63,660 bases of DNA, filler included, from Licmophora abbreviata (GCA_900291995.1; 14 parts of 14 records of this genome joined end to end with filler, not necessarily neighbours in it), one strand, 5' to 3'. Positions 1-11,403 are shown, numbered from the whole stretch's first letter. Made by a program: numbers and translations. Notes: generated from the letters alone by a model not told the origin.

Positions 1-2
1 TT

Positions 3-575
3 ATGGTCATGGTCGGCGCATGGCGCGCGAAGCACCTCCAGGCCGACCTGGCGGAGTCCAGATGGATATTCTACTCGGTGATGTCGCACCTTCAGATCTG
101 GGCCGTCGGCTTGCCCTTGTTTGCGCTACTTGACGGCGTGTCATCCGACGCAGCATACATGGTGCGCGTGTTTCTTGTTTTTGTCCTCTCGACGTCCATG
201 GTGTGTCTCGTCATTTGGCCCAAGATTTATGCTTTTCACTTTCTCGACGAGGGCAGTCGACGAAGCACACCTACAATCAACTTGACTCGTCACTCTCAGA
301 TTCGCATAACGGGACATCTGGTGGGGCCTGGCGTATTGAGGGCGGAGTCTAAGTCTTCCGACGGAATGTTCCGGAGAGGTAGTGATATATCTGCCTTGGA
401 TTCAGCGGCGTCACAGGTCCGTCGAGAGAGTCAGCTATCGGACTCAAATTCACAAACGAATGGAGCGACTGGCGCGGGGAAAACAGTGCAGTTCGGGGAC
501 GACAACGGCATTGGTGAAGATCAAGCAAATGATCCATCCAAAGGGCAAGAATATGCAGCAGACTCTCAAACCTAG
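3..575 (+). CDS. Class C (GABA-B-like, 7tm_3) GPCR, 3' part only
   Basis: Last TM helices with AWRAK...ESRWIF...LQIWAVGLP and LVIWPKIY, followed by a Ser-rich cytosolic tail; 5' end lies outside the window. Confidence 0.75.
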   Translation: MVMVGAWRAKHLQADLAESRWIFYSVMSHLQIWAVGLPLFALLDGVSSDAAYMVRVFLVFVLSTSMVCLVIWPKIYAFHFLDEGSRRSTPTINLTRHSQIRITGHLVGPGVLRAESKSSDGMFRRGSDISALDSAASQVRRESQLSDSNSQTNGATGAGKTVQFGDDNGIGEDQANDPSKGQEYAADSQT

Positions 576-625
576 TTATCGTCAAAAAACACCACTGTTT
601 AAAATGATCAAGGGGGATCTCTTTT

Positions 626-1585
626 TTATGTGTCACGCTGCCTAGCCTTTCCTTCCATTTCACACAAAACGACGCTCCCCAAGACCGCCTTAAACTCGGG
701 TAGATTGACACACAGTTCAAACCATCTCATCACATGCGTGTAAGGTTGTCGATAAGTTGCGTCACAGACCAACGTGAAGGGATACCAAAGTGTCGAAATG
801 ACGCAAATGTCAGCGAGTGTTATGGAGTTGCCTACCAAGTAAGAGGAGGTATGTAGATGTTTGTCCAGTATACTCAGAGCATTTGCCAAGTCTGTTTTGG
901 CTTTGACGTAACTTTAAAAAGTGGAAGCAGATTGTAATGATGAGGAGCAACAGTGTGAGGAGTTACTTCGAGTCGATAATCACGCATGATGATGATAGCT
1001 GGTACAAGACCCTGTAGAGCGACGATGCAGTATCACCAGTATGACGACGCCGAAACAACTTACGCATCCGCATGAAACGGCATAAATCCAGCGACCTAAG
1101 GTAGTACGCATGCAACACGAAAAAGATTGAATAAAGAAGAGCACGTCGACTCAACATTGCATGCTTTTCCATCATTTTCACTGTGCCGCCGTCGCTCATC
1201 GTCGTACCGGATAAAACCATACGCAGGCAGGCAGCTCGATTTGCTGTGCTGCAAAATCCATCCAACAGTCAATCCTGGAAGAAGCTGCTATATTGTCAGT
1301 AGAAGTTCCCATCAAGGAAGAATCACCACTGCTATCTCTCATGCCTGCAATGTATCGAGCAATCGCATGGCTTCCAAACAGTGTCACAGTAGTAGCGCTT
1401 TTCTTGTTCTGAATGGTCAAGACGGGTGTCTTGCCAGTCAGCGACAAACGAGCTCCCTTGGCGACGTCGTCATCGAGCTTGATGGAAACACTATTGCAGT
1501 ATTCGGCAGCAAGGAGAACAGGAAATGCACGGAAGGAACCTGGGGAAGTGTAAAGCGTCAACAAGATAGGCGACAACGATGCCAT
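626..1585 (-). CDS. EF1B-gamma-like glutathione S-transferase-fold protein (GST N+C domains only, ~231 aa), 3 exons
   Basis: Exons 1585-1208, 1095-1064, 911-626 with GT..AG introns join in frame (…WFYP|VAGFMPFHADA|YVKAKTDL…). Motifs GKTPVL, SHAIARY, YLVGNSITLADI, RWF. Confidence 0.8.
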
Positions 1586-1919
1586 GGTGATGATGGCAAA
1601 AATGAATGTTACACACCGACCGTCGACCGCGAGCCTACAAGTTTGAAATGCTGAGGTACAGATTCTACGTAGAATTCTAGTCGGTTGGAAGGTTTGTCAC
1701 GGAATCTTAAAAATCAACAAAAATCAAAAAACACACTGTTTTTGTGATACATAATGAGAAAAAGCAAGATTCAAGATTCCGTCCAATCAACTAGCGCGCG
1801 CCAACGCAGACGACGAGAACCAAAAAGGAAGTTCCCAACCGCCGATCACTTTCATCATCCGACTGCTGCTGCCTTTCCGAGTGCATTCTGCTCTCTGTGT
1901 CTTGACACACACTTCCATC

Positions 1920-2525
1920 ATGCCACCGACGACACTTCTAGCGACCTGCGGACTGATTCTGTCCCTGTATGCCGTCTATGTGGAGTACAAGATGGAACAC
2001 AAGGACGACGAGCTCGAGGAATTCACTGCACTCTGCGATATTGAGCTCATTGGGGCCAGTTGTAGGTGAGTTTTGGGATGTGTATAGATTGATGCAATTG
2101 ATGAATTACTTTAGTGTGATTTTTTGATGAAGTGACGTGAAAGTGCTCACTCGTCAATTGTATCCTATCTTTTGTGTGCCTTCTATAGCGCCACATTCTC
2201 GTTGCCGGAAGGCCGTCTCGTCTCCTATCTTGGACTCTTACCGAAAGGTCATGTCTTGGACGTGCCCAATGCACTCCTCGGTGCCATTTTTTACATCTTG
2301 CAAATACTGCTTCCACTCGTGACTGGTATTTCCAACAACAATATTATCATCAAGTTCTTGTCCTTTGCTGGACTTTGTACTTCCATCTTTCTCGCCTACA
2401 AATTGACGGTACTGCGGGAACTGTGTATTTTGTGCTGGACGACGCATGTCATTAATGCGTGTCTCTTTTGGAATGCCATTTCGACAAATAACAAGAGTAG
2501 TAGTGGAAAAAAGAAGGCGTTGTAA
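1920..2525 (+). CDS. VKORC1: Vitamin K epoxide reductase (VKORC1-like), 2 exons
   Basis: Intron 2066-2188 (GTGAG…TAG). ALCDI…ASCS.TFS loop cysteines, PNALLG, and CILC active site. Confidence 0.88.
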
Positions 2526-3215
2526 AGGATGATGAATGATCGACGACATATAACTACGAGTATAGAACATCAAATGAGTTCTGTCGTTCGTCCCTTTCTT
2601 TCGTGGTGATGATCCAACCTATTCATTCTCAATTAGAAATGTAATAAAAATTGCTTAGGGGGTATGCAGTATGATAGCTGTGTATATACCTGTACTACAT
2701 ATTGCTTCCAAGCATGCAACTTGCTCTCTAAGACTCTACACAAGAAGCTGACGGCATGGACGGTCTACCTCTACCTAGAGCAACGGAACAGGACAGTCTA
2801 GAGCGTGTGACATCATGGCTTGATGCCCCTAACAGTTGCTGAAGTACTCTTGTCTACTCACTACAGTGCCGTAACAAGTACTGGTAGCGGTATCGGCGTG
2901 ACGGAGCTATTGTTGTGCACACCGACATCATCATGAAGAATGCAATGGCCCTCGAAGAGCAAATCACATGTCCCCACGTCACTTGCCGACGTGGTTGTAG
3001 ATATCGTCAATTGAACTTGGGACTTACTTTTACTTATCGTACTCATTCTATACTTATTTACATTTTGTCGCTGTGACTCACAATTCTCGCTTGTTGCGCT
3101 TTCTTCCGCTCTGCAAGCAAGAAGAAGAGGAGGATGATACTGCCTGCACACAGCTGGTGCCCCTGGATCGGAGAGGCACCGCTCAAAGGCAGCAAAGCGC
3201 TCCTGCGATACGACG

Positions 3216-4518
3216 ATGGACCCGTCAGTCTCCATGACTCCTCTGACAGCCGTCGCATGTCGTCGTTGTGGGCACCTGGGATGTGATGTGCAGCTTCAGG
3301 GATGCGGATGTGTCCTGCATGCGGTGCGTAAAATTTCAACTCACTTGAGGCGAATTTGTGTAGATCTCAGTACTGATTCTACGTGAATTTGGAGTGTTCC
3401 GAAAACAAACTGTTTCGGAAGAATCGCGACCAGCGGCTTTGAAGTCTTTGGGTGCATGTTGCTCACAAAGTCTTTTCTTTCTTTCTTGTCTCAGAGATGC
3501 ACTCCGCTGTCTTTGGTGATTGCCGAAAAGTCGAACGTGCTGTCGATGGACGAAACTGCTCATTTGGGCGTCATTCCGTCTCCCGTCACCTCTCGAACGA
3601 CCCCCTGCCCGATTTGTCGCGTCGGCTTTGTCACGGGCATTCGTCTCTTTCCCCTGGCTTTTGATGACTTGGAGCGTGCGGTAGAACTGCGTCGGAAGAC
3701 TGCGCAAGAAAAGGCGTCTAAAGCTTCTAGTACTACTTCTTCGGCAGGAGAGGAGGACAGCAGTCGCAAGAGAAGTCGCTCTCTCGACGACGAGGTCTTT
3801 TCACAGATTCAGGCGGAATCGAGTTATTTGATGCTGTCACACACACCAAGCAGTATCGGGGGGCATCGGCATCAGCAGGACTCGGTTAGCAACAGCAGCA
3901 GCGCCAGTAGCACTCACCGCACGGGTCGTTGGAGCAATGAAGAAATTCAGTTTGTCGACATTCTCGTGAAACTCTTTGATACGTCTCAGTTGCCTCTGCC
4001 GCATGGAGTCAAGTTGAACGACTTTCTCGGCGATATGCTGCTGTGCAAGAGTAGCCGATTGACGAAAAAGATGAGAAACGCCAAACTCAGTACCAAGAGT
4101 TATACGCTGAGTGGAAAGAATGGTGTGATGATGGGTGCGGGAGGCTTGTTGGAGGATCCAACTTTGTCGTCGACGCTCAGCACTTTGCAGGAAACGTTCT
4201 TGCATTCCATTACATCCGAAGCGACTCAACTGGAGATGAAATTCAATATGCAGAAACTTTGGCGTATGCACTTTAGCAACTTGTGTCTTCAAGTGGGATA
4301 CGAGTTTCTCGATGGCTCGGACTGGTTGCAGTCTTTGGAAGACATGGAGCATCGTGCGAACGAGGCGGAGCAGTTTATTCGCAAAGCACGTCGCCGACGC
4401 ATGTCCCAAGCTCTCAAGAATGATACGGGGGCACATGTGGAACATGGTGTCTTTGTTGCTGGTGTTCCGGCAAATGATGCTTCGATGCAGCCGCCGCCAC
4501 GCGTCGTCTCCAGCAATA
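3216..4518 (+). CDS. RING-like zinc finger plus Myb/SANT-like (RTGRWSNEE…LCKSSRLTKK) putative regulator, 3'-truncated by linker
   Basis: Exon 3216-3323 (CRRC…C…CGC..HA) splices via intron 3324-3494 to RC…CPIC and then continues in ORF 3456..4574. True start uncertain. Confidence 0.6.
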
Positions 4519-4618
4519 NNNNNNNNNNNNNNNNNNNNNNNNNNNNNNNNNNNNNNNNNNNNTTAATTAATTAANNNNNNNNNNNNNNNNNNNNNNNNNN
4601 NNNNNNNNNNNNNNNNNN
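4519..4618. other. Artificial contig linker (44N-TTAATTAATTAA-44N), first of 13
   Basis: Identical 100-bp blocks start at 4519, 7217, 23005, 27049, 36253, 40694, 45382, 48790, 50471, 52767, 54790, 59841 and 61961. The 12-mer places stop codons in all six frames. Confidence 0.98.
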
Positions 4619-5357
4619 ATCACGCTCCGTGTCTGCCTCTTCTGACATTTCTTCAGCGAACATTGTCCCTGAGGCCTGACGGGTGATAGGGCCCGACCAC
4701 CTTTACGACTGCAACGATTGCGTTGCGCTTTCATTTTTTTCTCACTCTCCATGTCACTGACCGAACGTTCCTTTGTATGCCTTAACTGTGACATGCCGGT
4801 ATCGGTGGTTGGAAGATTGGGCCTTGCTTGTTTTTTCTAGTTCCCTTGTACATACGCTGGGGTTTTTTGCTTTGAAGCATGGCAAGTCGGCTTCTCTTTT
4901 GGGGGATTTTGCAACATGACTCCCTAACATTTTAAGTATGGTATTTTCATCCAGATGGTTAGACATCCTGTCCAAAAAGCTAGCATTGGCTCCGGGTACA
5001 TTAGTACGGTAGCTATAGTAGCGATCCGGTGGCCTAGGATCTCAGCCGTTCGGCCGTCCGCGGCCATGTTGCTGTCTTCTCCTTCGTTCGCCCTCTGTCT
5101 TATGAATGTGTGCACGGTCCTCTCGTCCTTAACGAAAGACTTGACGCGTTGGGAACCGTGTATATTTCCTTCGTCTTGGCGGTACCGGGTACCTACCTGT
5201 GTACATGCCTGTCTCGTCGACTTTCAGAGTCATCTACTTCGTGTATCAAAGTCAAGTACCAGCCGATATAAAGCATGAAAATCGTTTTACAAATGGACAA
5301 GTCAACGTCTATTCTGCACACCGTATGAATTCGTAGTCAACATCGGTTCAGGTTGAT

Positions 5358-7216
5358 TTACGCATCCGGATCGTTCGGATCGAGAGCATGCACCGAGCTC
5401 GACAAGTCCAACGCATTCATCATAATGTCACTCTGAGCCTCAGTACTGATCTTAGCCTCAACACTGAGAGGCAGCGATACCCTCGCTGCATGCCGACGGT
5501 GACGCATTTCACGCGCCAGTCCCTCTGGACGGAACTCGGCACGGTTGGGAAAGATGAGCTCTTGTTCTGAATCGATGGAGTCGTGTCTATGGCGTGCCAG
5601 TTCAATCTCCTTTTGCTCGTCAAAGTACTCTTGTTCCGACTCCCCACTGGGATCCAAGATTGAGAGGTCCTCTTCTGAAAACCACCGAGTGAGAATATAG
5701 GATCGAATCGGCACAAGCATTGTCAACAGCGCTGGGTAAATATAGCCTGTCGAGAGAAAAGGAAAGAGAATGGGAGTGTGAGTATCAGCATGAGTAGCCG
5801 AGCGGCCGCGCCGCTCATCCAAAAGCCAATTGTTATTTGGCTTCACTTACCGAAGGAAGCAAATACAGCAACGGCAAATATGGTGGCAGTACACACGACT
5901 TGAATTGCTGTAAAGGCTTGGACCGTTCGCCACTTGACTTTCCGTACCACCGGAACAGCAGGCCGTTTCTTGGTCGCCATCAAGCAGAACGTGAAACGCT
6001 CCCATACCTCATTGCCATGCAGCGCACCCATACCCAGGTACAGCAACAAGCCAAACAGTGCACCTCTCGGAATCCAACTAATCACTACAAACGAAGCCAA
6101 AGCGACAAACATCAAGCATGCTTGCGCCAATCCGCTCCATCGCTGTTCTTCGACATGCGTCGTAACTTCCCGCCGTACACCGTACTTGTCAACCTCCATT
6201 TTCCGTGTCGCCAATGCTCGTACGTGCAGAGGCGCTTGCGGGATCAATCCGTTGCCCGGTGGCAGTCCCATTATGGCACAGGGAAAGAACGTCACTCCCA
6301 GAACAAAGAAGTCCCAATGGTAGGCACTCGGCTTTTTCAAATTGAACTTGGGGGACTGCGTGAGTATACTGGAAACATTGTGATCGACAATAAAGAGAAG
6401 AAAGAACATGAATCCCGGAATCATGGCCCCGAAAATTCCTTTGGCGTCAATGCCCGAGAGTGGATTCGTCACCCAGTCTCGATCCGCAGTTGGCTGCCAG
6501 TCCCAAGGATAAAACCGTATATTGACACGATCAATTCCACCGGATCCGTTATTGGCTTGGTCGACACCAGGCAAGTAGCTGAAGGCGGTCACAAGGGAGA
6601 CTGCAATGAGCGTGTTGTAGGACGTGAGAAAGGTCCGCACCTGACGTGTAAAGTAGCACCAGGTCTCGGCAAAGTGCAGCGACCAGGAGACCGCGAAGGT
6701 CAAGAGTCCCAGCAGCAGTGTTGCGTATTGCGCACTTCGATCTTGTAGATTGTCGGAATTGCCCCAGTACAAGGGTTCAATGAGGTCTCGAATTGCTGAA
6801 TAAATGAAGGTGACGGCAATGAAGAATTCGAAAATTTGCGTTGTAAAAGGCGTCACTTTCCATACAAGGCTCACGAGTCCCACCATGGCCGACAGCATGT
6901 GCATGAGCCCCGCCCAGGCGCAAGTCCAGAAGAAGAAGGCAAAATAGTCCGCCTCAAACTTCTCCGTGAGTGTGTAGGAAGTCCCCACCAGCAACGACAC
7001 AGGCCCCGTAATGCCCATGATGACCAGTGGCTGTCCACTGAAAATGGCATAAATGATTCCAATAATGGCGCTGCTCATTAAGGTTTCCACTGTGGCTAAA
7101 TTTCCCTGCGTCTCCCGGTCCATGAGTTCCGCGAAGATCAATGCGGGGATGAGCTGAATGACAAAAGCAAAGACTGTGGCGTTTACGACCGTATAGAGAG
7201 ACTTGGGTCGACCCCA
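5358..7216 (-). CDS. SLC4-family anion transporter, BOR1/borate-transporter-like; 5'-truncated
   Basis: FSGQPLVIMGITGP, FIVDHNVSS, KKPSAYHWD, NGLIPQAPLH, VEEQRWS. Intron 5850-5747 joins F-G-YIYP. Confidence 0.88.
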
Positions 7217-7473
7217 NNNNNNNNNNNNNNNNNNNNNNNNNNNNNNNNNNNNNNNNNNNNTTAATTAATTAANNNNNNNNNNNNNNNNNNNNNNNNNNNN
7301 NNNNNNNNNNNNNNNNACGGCGCATCCATCTAGCCAAGTTTCGCTGCAGATCCACCATCAGTACGGCTACCCAAGTTGGCCTACGTATAAGAGAATGTCA
7401 CATCATGTAAGAAGTAACTACAAAGTATATATTTGAGTACATGCACACAAGTCGCGTCGAAGAATATGTCACT

Positions 7474-8367
7474 CTACTGCCGCTCGAGCGTTTCACACGG
7501 ATCCGGCTGTGCCAAGACTGTATTTTCGAAACAGGGCCGTACGATATTGGAGAGCAAGCCACTGTTGCGGCGCGTCCGTCCAGCATAGACATCAAAGACG
7601 GGTCCACTGTTGATCTCATCGCAGGCGATACAGTCCGCTAGCTCGCACGTCGATTCCAGATTGGGTTCCAGATTGAGCAGAAAAAAGACAATGCAAGTGC
7701 CGAAACAAGCGCCGCGAGTATTTCGAGTATTGTAGTACCATACTTCAGCGCAGGCGTCTGTAAAGCCGAGTCTTCGAAAACATCGGGTGCCAATGGCCTG
7801 TCCAAAGATGGTTCCCCGGATGCCACATTGCTGAGCGGAGTTTCGCAGTTGTGGTCCAAGTTCCATGTATACGGATAGATCCTGAAGGGAGGAGCAGTAT
7901 CCACACGGGGAGTCATGAGTGACATAGCGATTGTTATCCTGAGCCTCTTGGAGTGTCTCTGGGTAAGTCTTGAGCGAATACGTGTAGTAATCTGGACACT
8001 CGAATGACGACAGGATGGACTCGTCACTGGGTGCCTCAATCTCCACAACGCAGACTCCAGTTTGTTCGGTCGAGGGAGGCGGGCAAGAAGAGTCTTCGTT
8101 CTGATAGGGATCACATTTCAAACTGACTGGATTCTTCCATTTCAGCGATCGCAGTGTGGGAATAATGTCGTCAAAATTAGTCTCTGGCTTGGATTCCAAG
8201 GGACAGGAACCCGCAGGCGACGCGTCTGGTATGCAAAAGCAACCGTTGCATTCGGCAAACTCGTCGTCTGCATCGTTGCTGTTGTTGCCACGAGAAGGGA
8301 AGGTCGCTAGTACGCTGTCGTGTAGGGAAAACAGTACTAGCAAGGAGATCAAGAATAAGAGAAGCAT
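7474..8367 (-). CDS. Secreted cysteine-rich protein of unknown function
   Basis: 297 aa, N-terminal signal peptide, about 20 Cys, motifs TH..PCGYCSSLQDL.VY and CDE..SGP.F..YAGRTRRNSGL. Confidence 0.75.
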   Translation of the reverse strand: MLLLFLISLLVLFSLHDSVLATFPSRGNNSNDADDEFAECNGCFCIPDASPAGSCPLESKPETNFDDIIPTLRSLKWKNPVSLKCDPYQNEDSSCPPPSTEQTGVCVVEIEAPSDESILSSFECPDYYTYSLKTYPETLQEAQDNNRYVTHDSPCGYCSSLQDLSVYMELGPQLRNSAQQCGIRGTIFGQAIGTRCFRRLGFTDACAEVWYYNTRNTRGACFGTCIVFFLLNLEPNLESTCELADCIACDEINSGPVFDVYAGRTRRNSGLLSNIVRPCFENTVLAQPDPCETLERQ

Positions 8368-8730
8368 CCTTGCTGTCGTTGTTATTTTTTGAGTTTGCGT
8401 TTCTTCATCTCGGCGCCCTTATTTTCATACCTGTCCGTCCGTCGCTACGTGCGGCACTGCCTTTCCCCCGCGCCAGCTGGCAGGTAGCAGCCTCGCAGAC
8501 ATCAGCGATCGAGCCGCAAAAGAGGCCTGAGACGTTCCTGCGACCACCGACTGTCGCCTTTTTCAAGCTTCCTTTAGCGACTCTACCCCTCGAACATACA
8601 ACTTTTGACCACTTGCAAGTGTCGGTTGGAGTTCTGGGTCCAAAATTCGATCGAGAAATTGACGAAAATTGAACCCAAAACTGTACTACAAAAATCACCC
8701 CTCTCTCTTTACACGTAGTTCTCTACAACC

Positions 8731-11151
8731 ATGCCCTCATCACGCACCACGGCTTCGACTGCTTCACGGGACCCCCCGCTGCGTGTGATTGTCATCGGAG
8801 CGGGCATCAGTGGTCTCGCCTGTGCTCGTGAACTGCAACATCGTCGCTATGAGGTGCTCGTGGTGGAGGCCCGTGCTCGATGCGGGGGGCGACTCAAAGG
8901 CGAGTCTGTGCAGGTGGTTTCGGATACGGTTGGAAGTACTGCTAGACAGACAGGTATAGATGGGTCATCTTCTCCTTCCAATCAGCACTGTGTGGACATT
9001 GGAGGTGCTCTGATTCATGGGATTGACCAAAATCCCGTGATGCGATTGGTCGATCAAATGGGCATCCGCACGCACGACGTATCGGGCCAGTGTCTCCTGT
9101 TGGATAGTGAGGGGAATCGAATCGACAATGACAAAGATGCTGAGATATCAGAATTGTTCAATCAGTGTTTGGAAGAGTCATTTCAGAGAATCGGAGTAGA
9201 AGAAAAGGAGGAGAGTAATGGTGCTGCCTCGCTAGGACCGTCGGTGACTGAGTTAACAGCAACGAGGACGACGAGACAAGCGTGTACTGCGAATCCAGAT
9301 GATGATGAAGCCAGTCGCATCCCATCACCTCCACAGCAACAACAGTCGTTTGGGGCTCTCCTCCAACAAGTTGTGCATGACCGCACCGCCAATTGTTCAA
9401 CCACTTCTTTTGATCCGCTATTGTTTCAATGGCATCAGGCCAATCTCGAACTGAGTTGTGGTGCGTCATTTGGAAACTTGGGATACATGTGGAATGATGA
9501 TGAACCCTATGGGTTTGACGGAGAACATGTCGCTATGGAACCGTCTTGGAGGGTCGCCATGGAGAATTTGCGTGAACCACTGGAGATTTTGTACGAAGCC
9601 CAGGTGCAAACAATCGAATATGAGCAAGATCGGAGTCAAGGGCGGGAGACACCTTCTGTAAAGCGACGAAGGGTTGCGACCTCTACTTCTGCTCCATCTC
9701 TTTCAGCACGAACACAGTATCAGCGTCCGTCACGCCGCAGTCGTCGATTGCACGGAGAAGATGCAAATCTAAGGCGATCGTCTCGAACCACCAAAGGCAC
9801 CCCAGCGGCTAAACTATCAATTGCCGATTCCACGTCCTTGAGTTACGACGAGCCCTTGCACTTCGAGAGACATCAAGAGATGAATGGACGTCGACGAGAC
9901 GCTCGCAAGAAGAAACGGTCCTCGTCCAAGGTGCGGGTCGTCGTGCAGAGGCACGGAAAGACTCTGGTGTTGGAGGCCGATGTGGTCGTGTGTACCTTGC
10001 CGTTGGGCATTCTCAAGATTCCGCCTCAGCAACCGGGACACGTGGCGTTTGGGCCACCCCTACCATGTTTCAAACAGGCTGCTATTCAGCAGCTGGGGTG
10101 TGGAGTATTGAACAAATGTGTTTTGTCGTTTCCGTTTGTTTTCTGGCCACAAGACACCGAATTTATGGGCCTGGCGAGTGATCCACCCCACTTGATTCTC
10201 AATGCGTCCTTGGTGACGGGCAAGCCGCTGGTTATCTTTATGTTCGGAGGAGACTATGCACGTCAAGTCGAGGCGAAAACGGATGCAGAGATTGTTGACA
10301 TGTGTTTGAGCGCATTGCGAAAGGCGTGTCGCAAGACGGATGCACCTGAGCCTATTGACTATATCGTGACGCGATGGGGGGAGGATTGTTTTGCGCGGGG
10401 TGCATTTGTGTACATTCCGCCGGGCGTGGACGGAACACAGCAGCTAGAGGCCATGAGTGAGCCTATTGTCGCACGTGACGGTCGACCTCTGGTTCAGTTC
10501 GCAGGCGAGCATACGACGCCGTATCATCCTTCGACAATTCATGGTGCGTTTCTCAGTGGCATACGGGAAGCGTATCGCTTGGATTTATATACAGCACCGG
10601 CGCTTAATGAAGGTCTGCAGTTTGATCCAGAAAACGTTTACGAGAGGACATTTCCCGTGAAACGGAGCTACGCAAGGGTCCTGACGCCGAAGGTTACATC
10701 GATGTCGCGTTCACCAGCAAGAAGACGTCGTCGGCACGAAGTTATGACATTGCGAAAACGAAAAGAGCAGCCAATGCCGAAGATGAATGGGACGAGACCA
10801 GCAGTCGCAGCTGTACAACCCGCGCCCTCTCGGCGTAGTTTGCGACAGATCGAAGTGGAAGCGAATGTAAATCGTACGGAAGGCGGCCTTACCCTCAGCC
10901 TCGAAGATAGGACTTTGCTTAGGTCGTTTGCTAGCTATCGCAATTGGCCTCTGATTCAGTCCAAGGTCTTTCCGATCGCCGGTCGTGCGGAAATTTTATC
11001 TCCGAGAACGGCTGCACAGCTTCGAGCCGCTCACCAGGGGCTGCTTCGCCAAACTGGAGCGAATTCGGCGCCCGAAACAGTGTCCCTTGCGCCATGGATA
11101 TCGAAACCAGCCTCCGAAACTGACGGGGAACAGGTCAACCGAGCCTACTGA
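8731..11151 (+). CDS. Flavin-dependent amine oxidase, LSD1/polyamine-oxidase-like
   Basis: VIVIGAGISGLACA (GxGxxG), EAR.R.GGR, VCTLPLGILK, G.LNKCVL.F, TRW..D..ARGA, FAGEHT…TIHGAFLSG.REA. Confidence 0.88.
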   Translation: MPSSRTTASTASRDPPLRVIVIGAGISGLACARELQHRRYEVLVVEARARCGGRLKGESVQVVSDTVGSTARQTGIDGSSSPSNQHCVDIGGALIHGIDQNPVMRLVDQMGIRTHDVSGQCLLLDSEGNRIDNDKDAEISELFNQCLEESFQRIGVEEKEESNGAASLGPSVTELTATRTTRQACTANPDDDEASRIPSPPQQQQSFGALLQQVVHDRTANCSTTSFDPLLFQWHQANLELSCGASFGNLGYMWNDDEPYGFDGEHVAMEPSWRVAMENLREPLEILYEAQVQTIEYEQDRSQGRETPSVKRRRVATSTSAPSLSARTQYQRPSRRSRRLHGEDANLRRSSRTTKGTPAAKLSIADSTSLSYDEPLHFERHQEMNGRRRDARKKKRSSSKVRVVVQRHGKTLVLEADVVVCTLPLGILKIPPQQPGHVAFGPPLPCFKQAAIQQLGCGVLNKCVLSFPFVFWPQDTEFMGLASDPPHLILNASLVTGKPLVIFMFGGDYARQVEAKTDAEIVDMCLSALRKACRKTDAPEPIDYIVTRWGEDCFARGAFVYIPPGVDGTQQLEAMSEPIVARDGRPLVQFAGEHTTPYHPSTIHGAFLSGIREAYRLDLYTAPALNEGLQFDPENVYERTFPVKRSYARVLTPKVTSMSRSPARRRRRHEVMTLRKRKEQPMPKMNGTRPAVAAVQPAPSRRSLRQIEVEANVNRTEGGLTLSLEDRTLLRSFASYRNWPLIQSKVFPIAGRAEILSPRTAAQLRAAHQGLLRQTGANSAPETVSLAPWISKPASETDGEQVNRAY

Positions 11152-11403
11152 CCTGGGAAATAATCTAGGCACTCACGACCTACCCCCTCAGTGGGAAAGT
11201 ATTGTCGGCGCAAAGGCAACTACTCTACAGTAATGCTCTAGAACGCATTGTTCGAACTGATAAGTATCTAATATAAAGATTACGTTCATGCTATCGCGAT
11301 CGGTCACATGGCTCCTTCTGTAGTAGTTGTTAGATTCTGAAGACGTGTATCTTCTGACCGCTCGTACCAGTGATATAATCTCTCTCCTCCGAACCATCCC
11401 TTC

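Noticed and set aside
4563..4574. TTAATTAATTAA palindrome recurring 13 times, and ORFs ending in X…LIN
   Set aside because: Always centred in exactly 44+44 N: a synthetic linker, not a biological repeat or a protein C-terminus.
4619..5357. Short ORFs on both strands after the first linker
   Set aside because: No recognisable motifs and no convincing continuation of the upstream gene; left unannotated.
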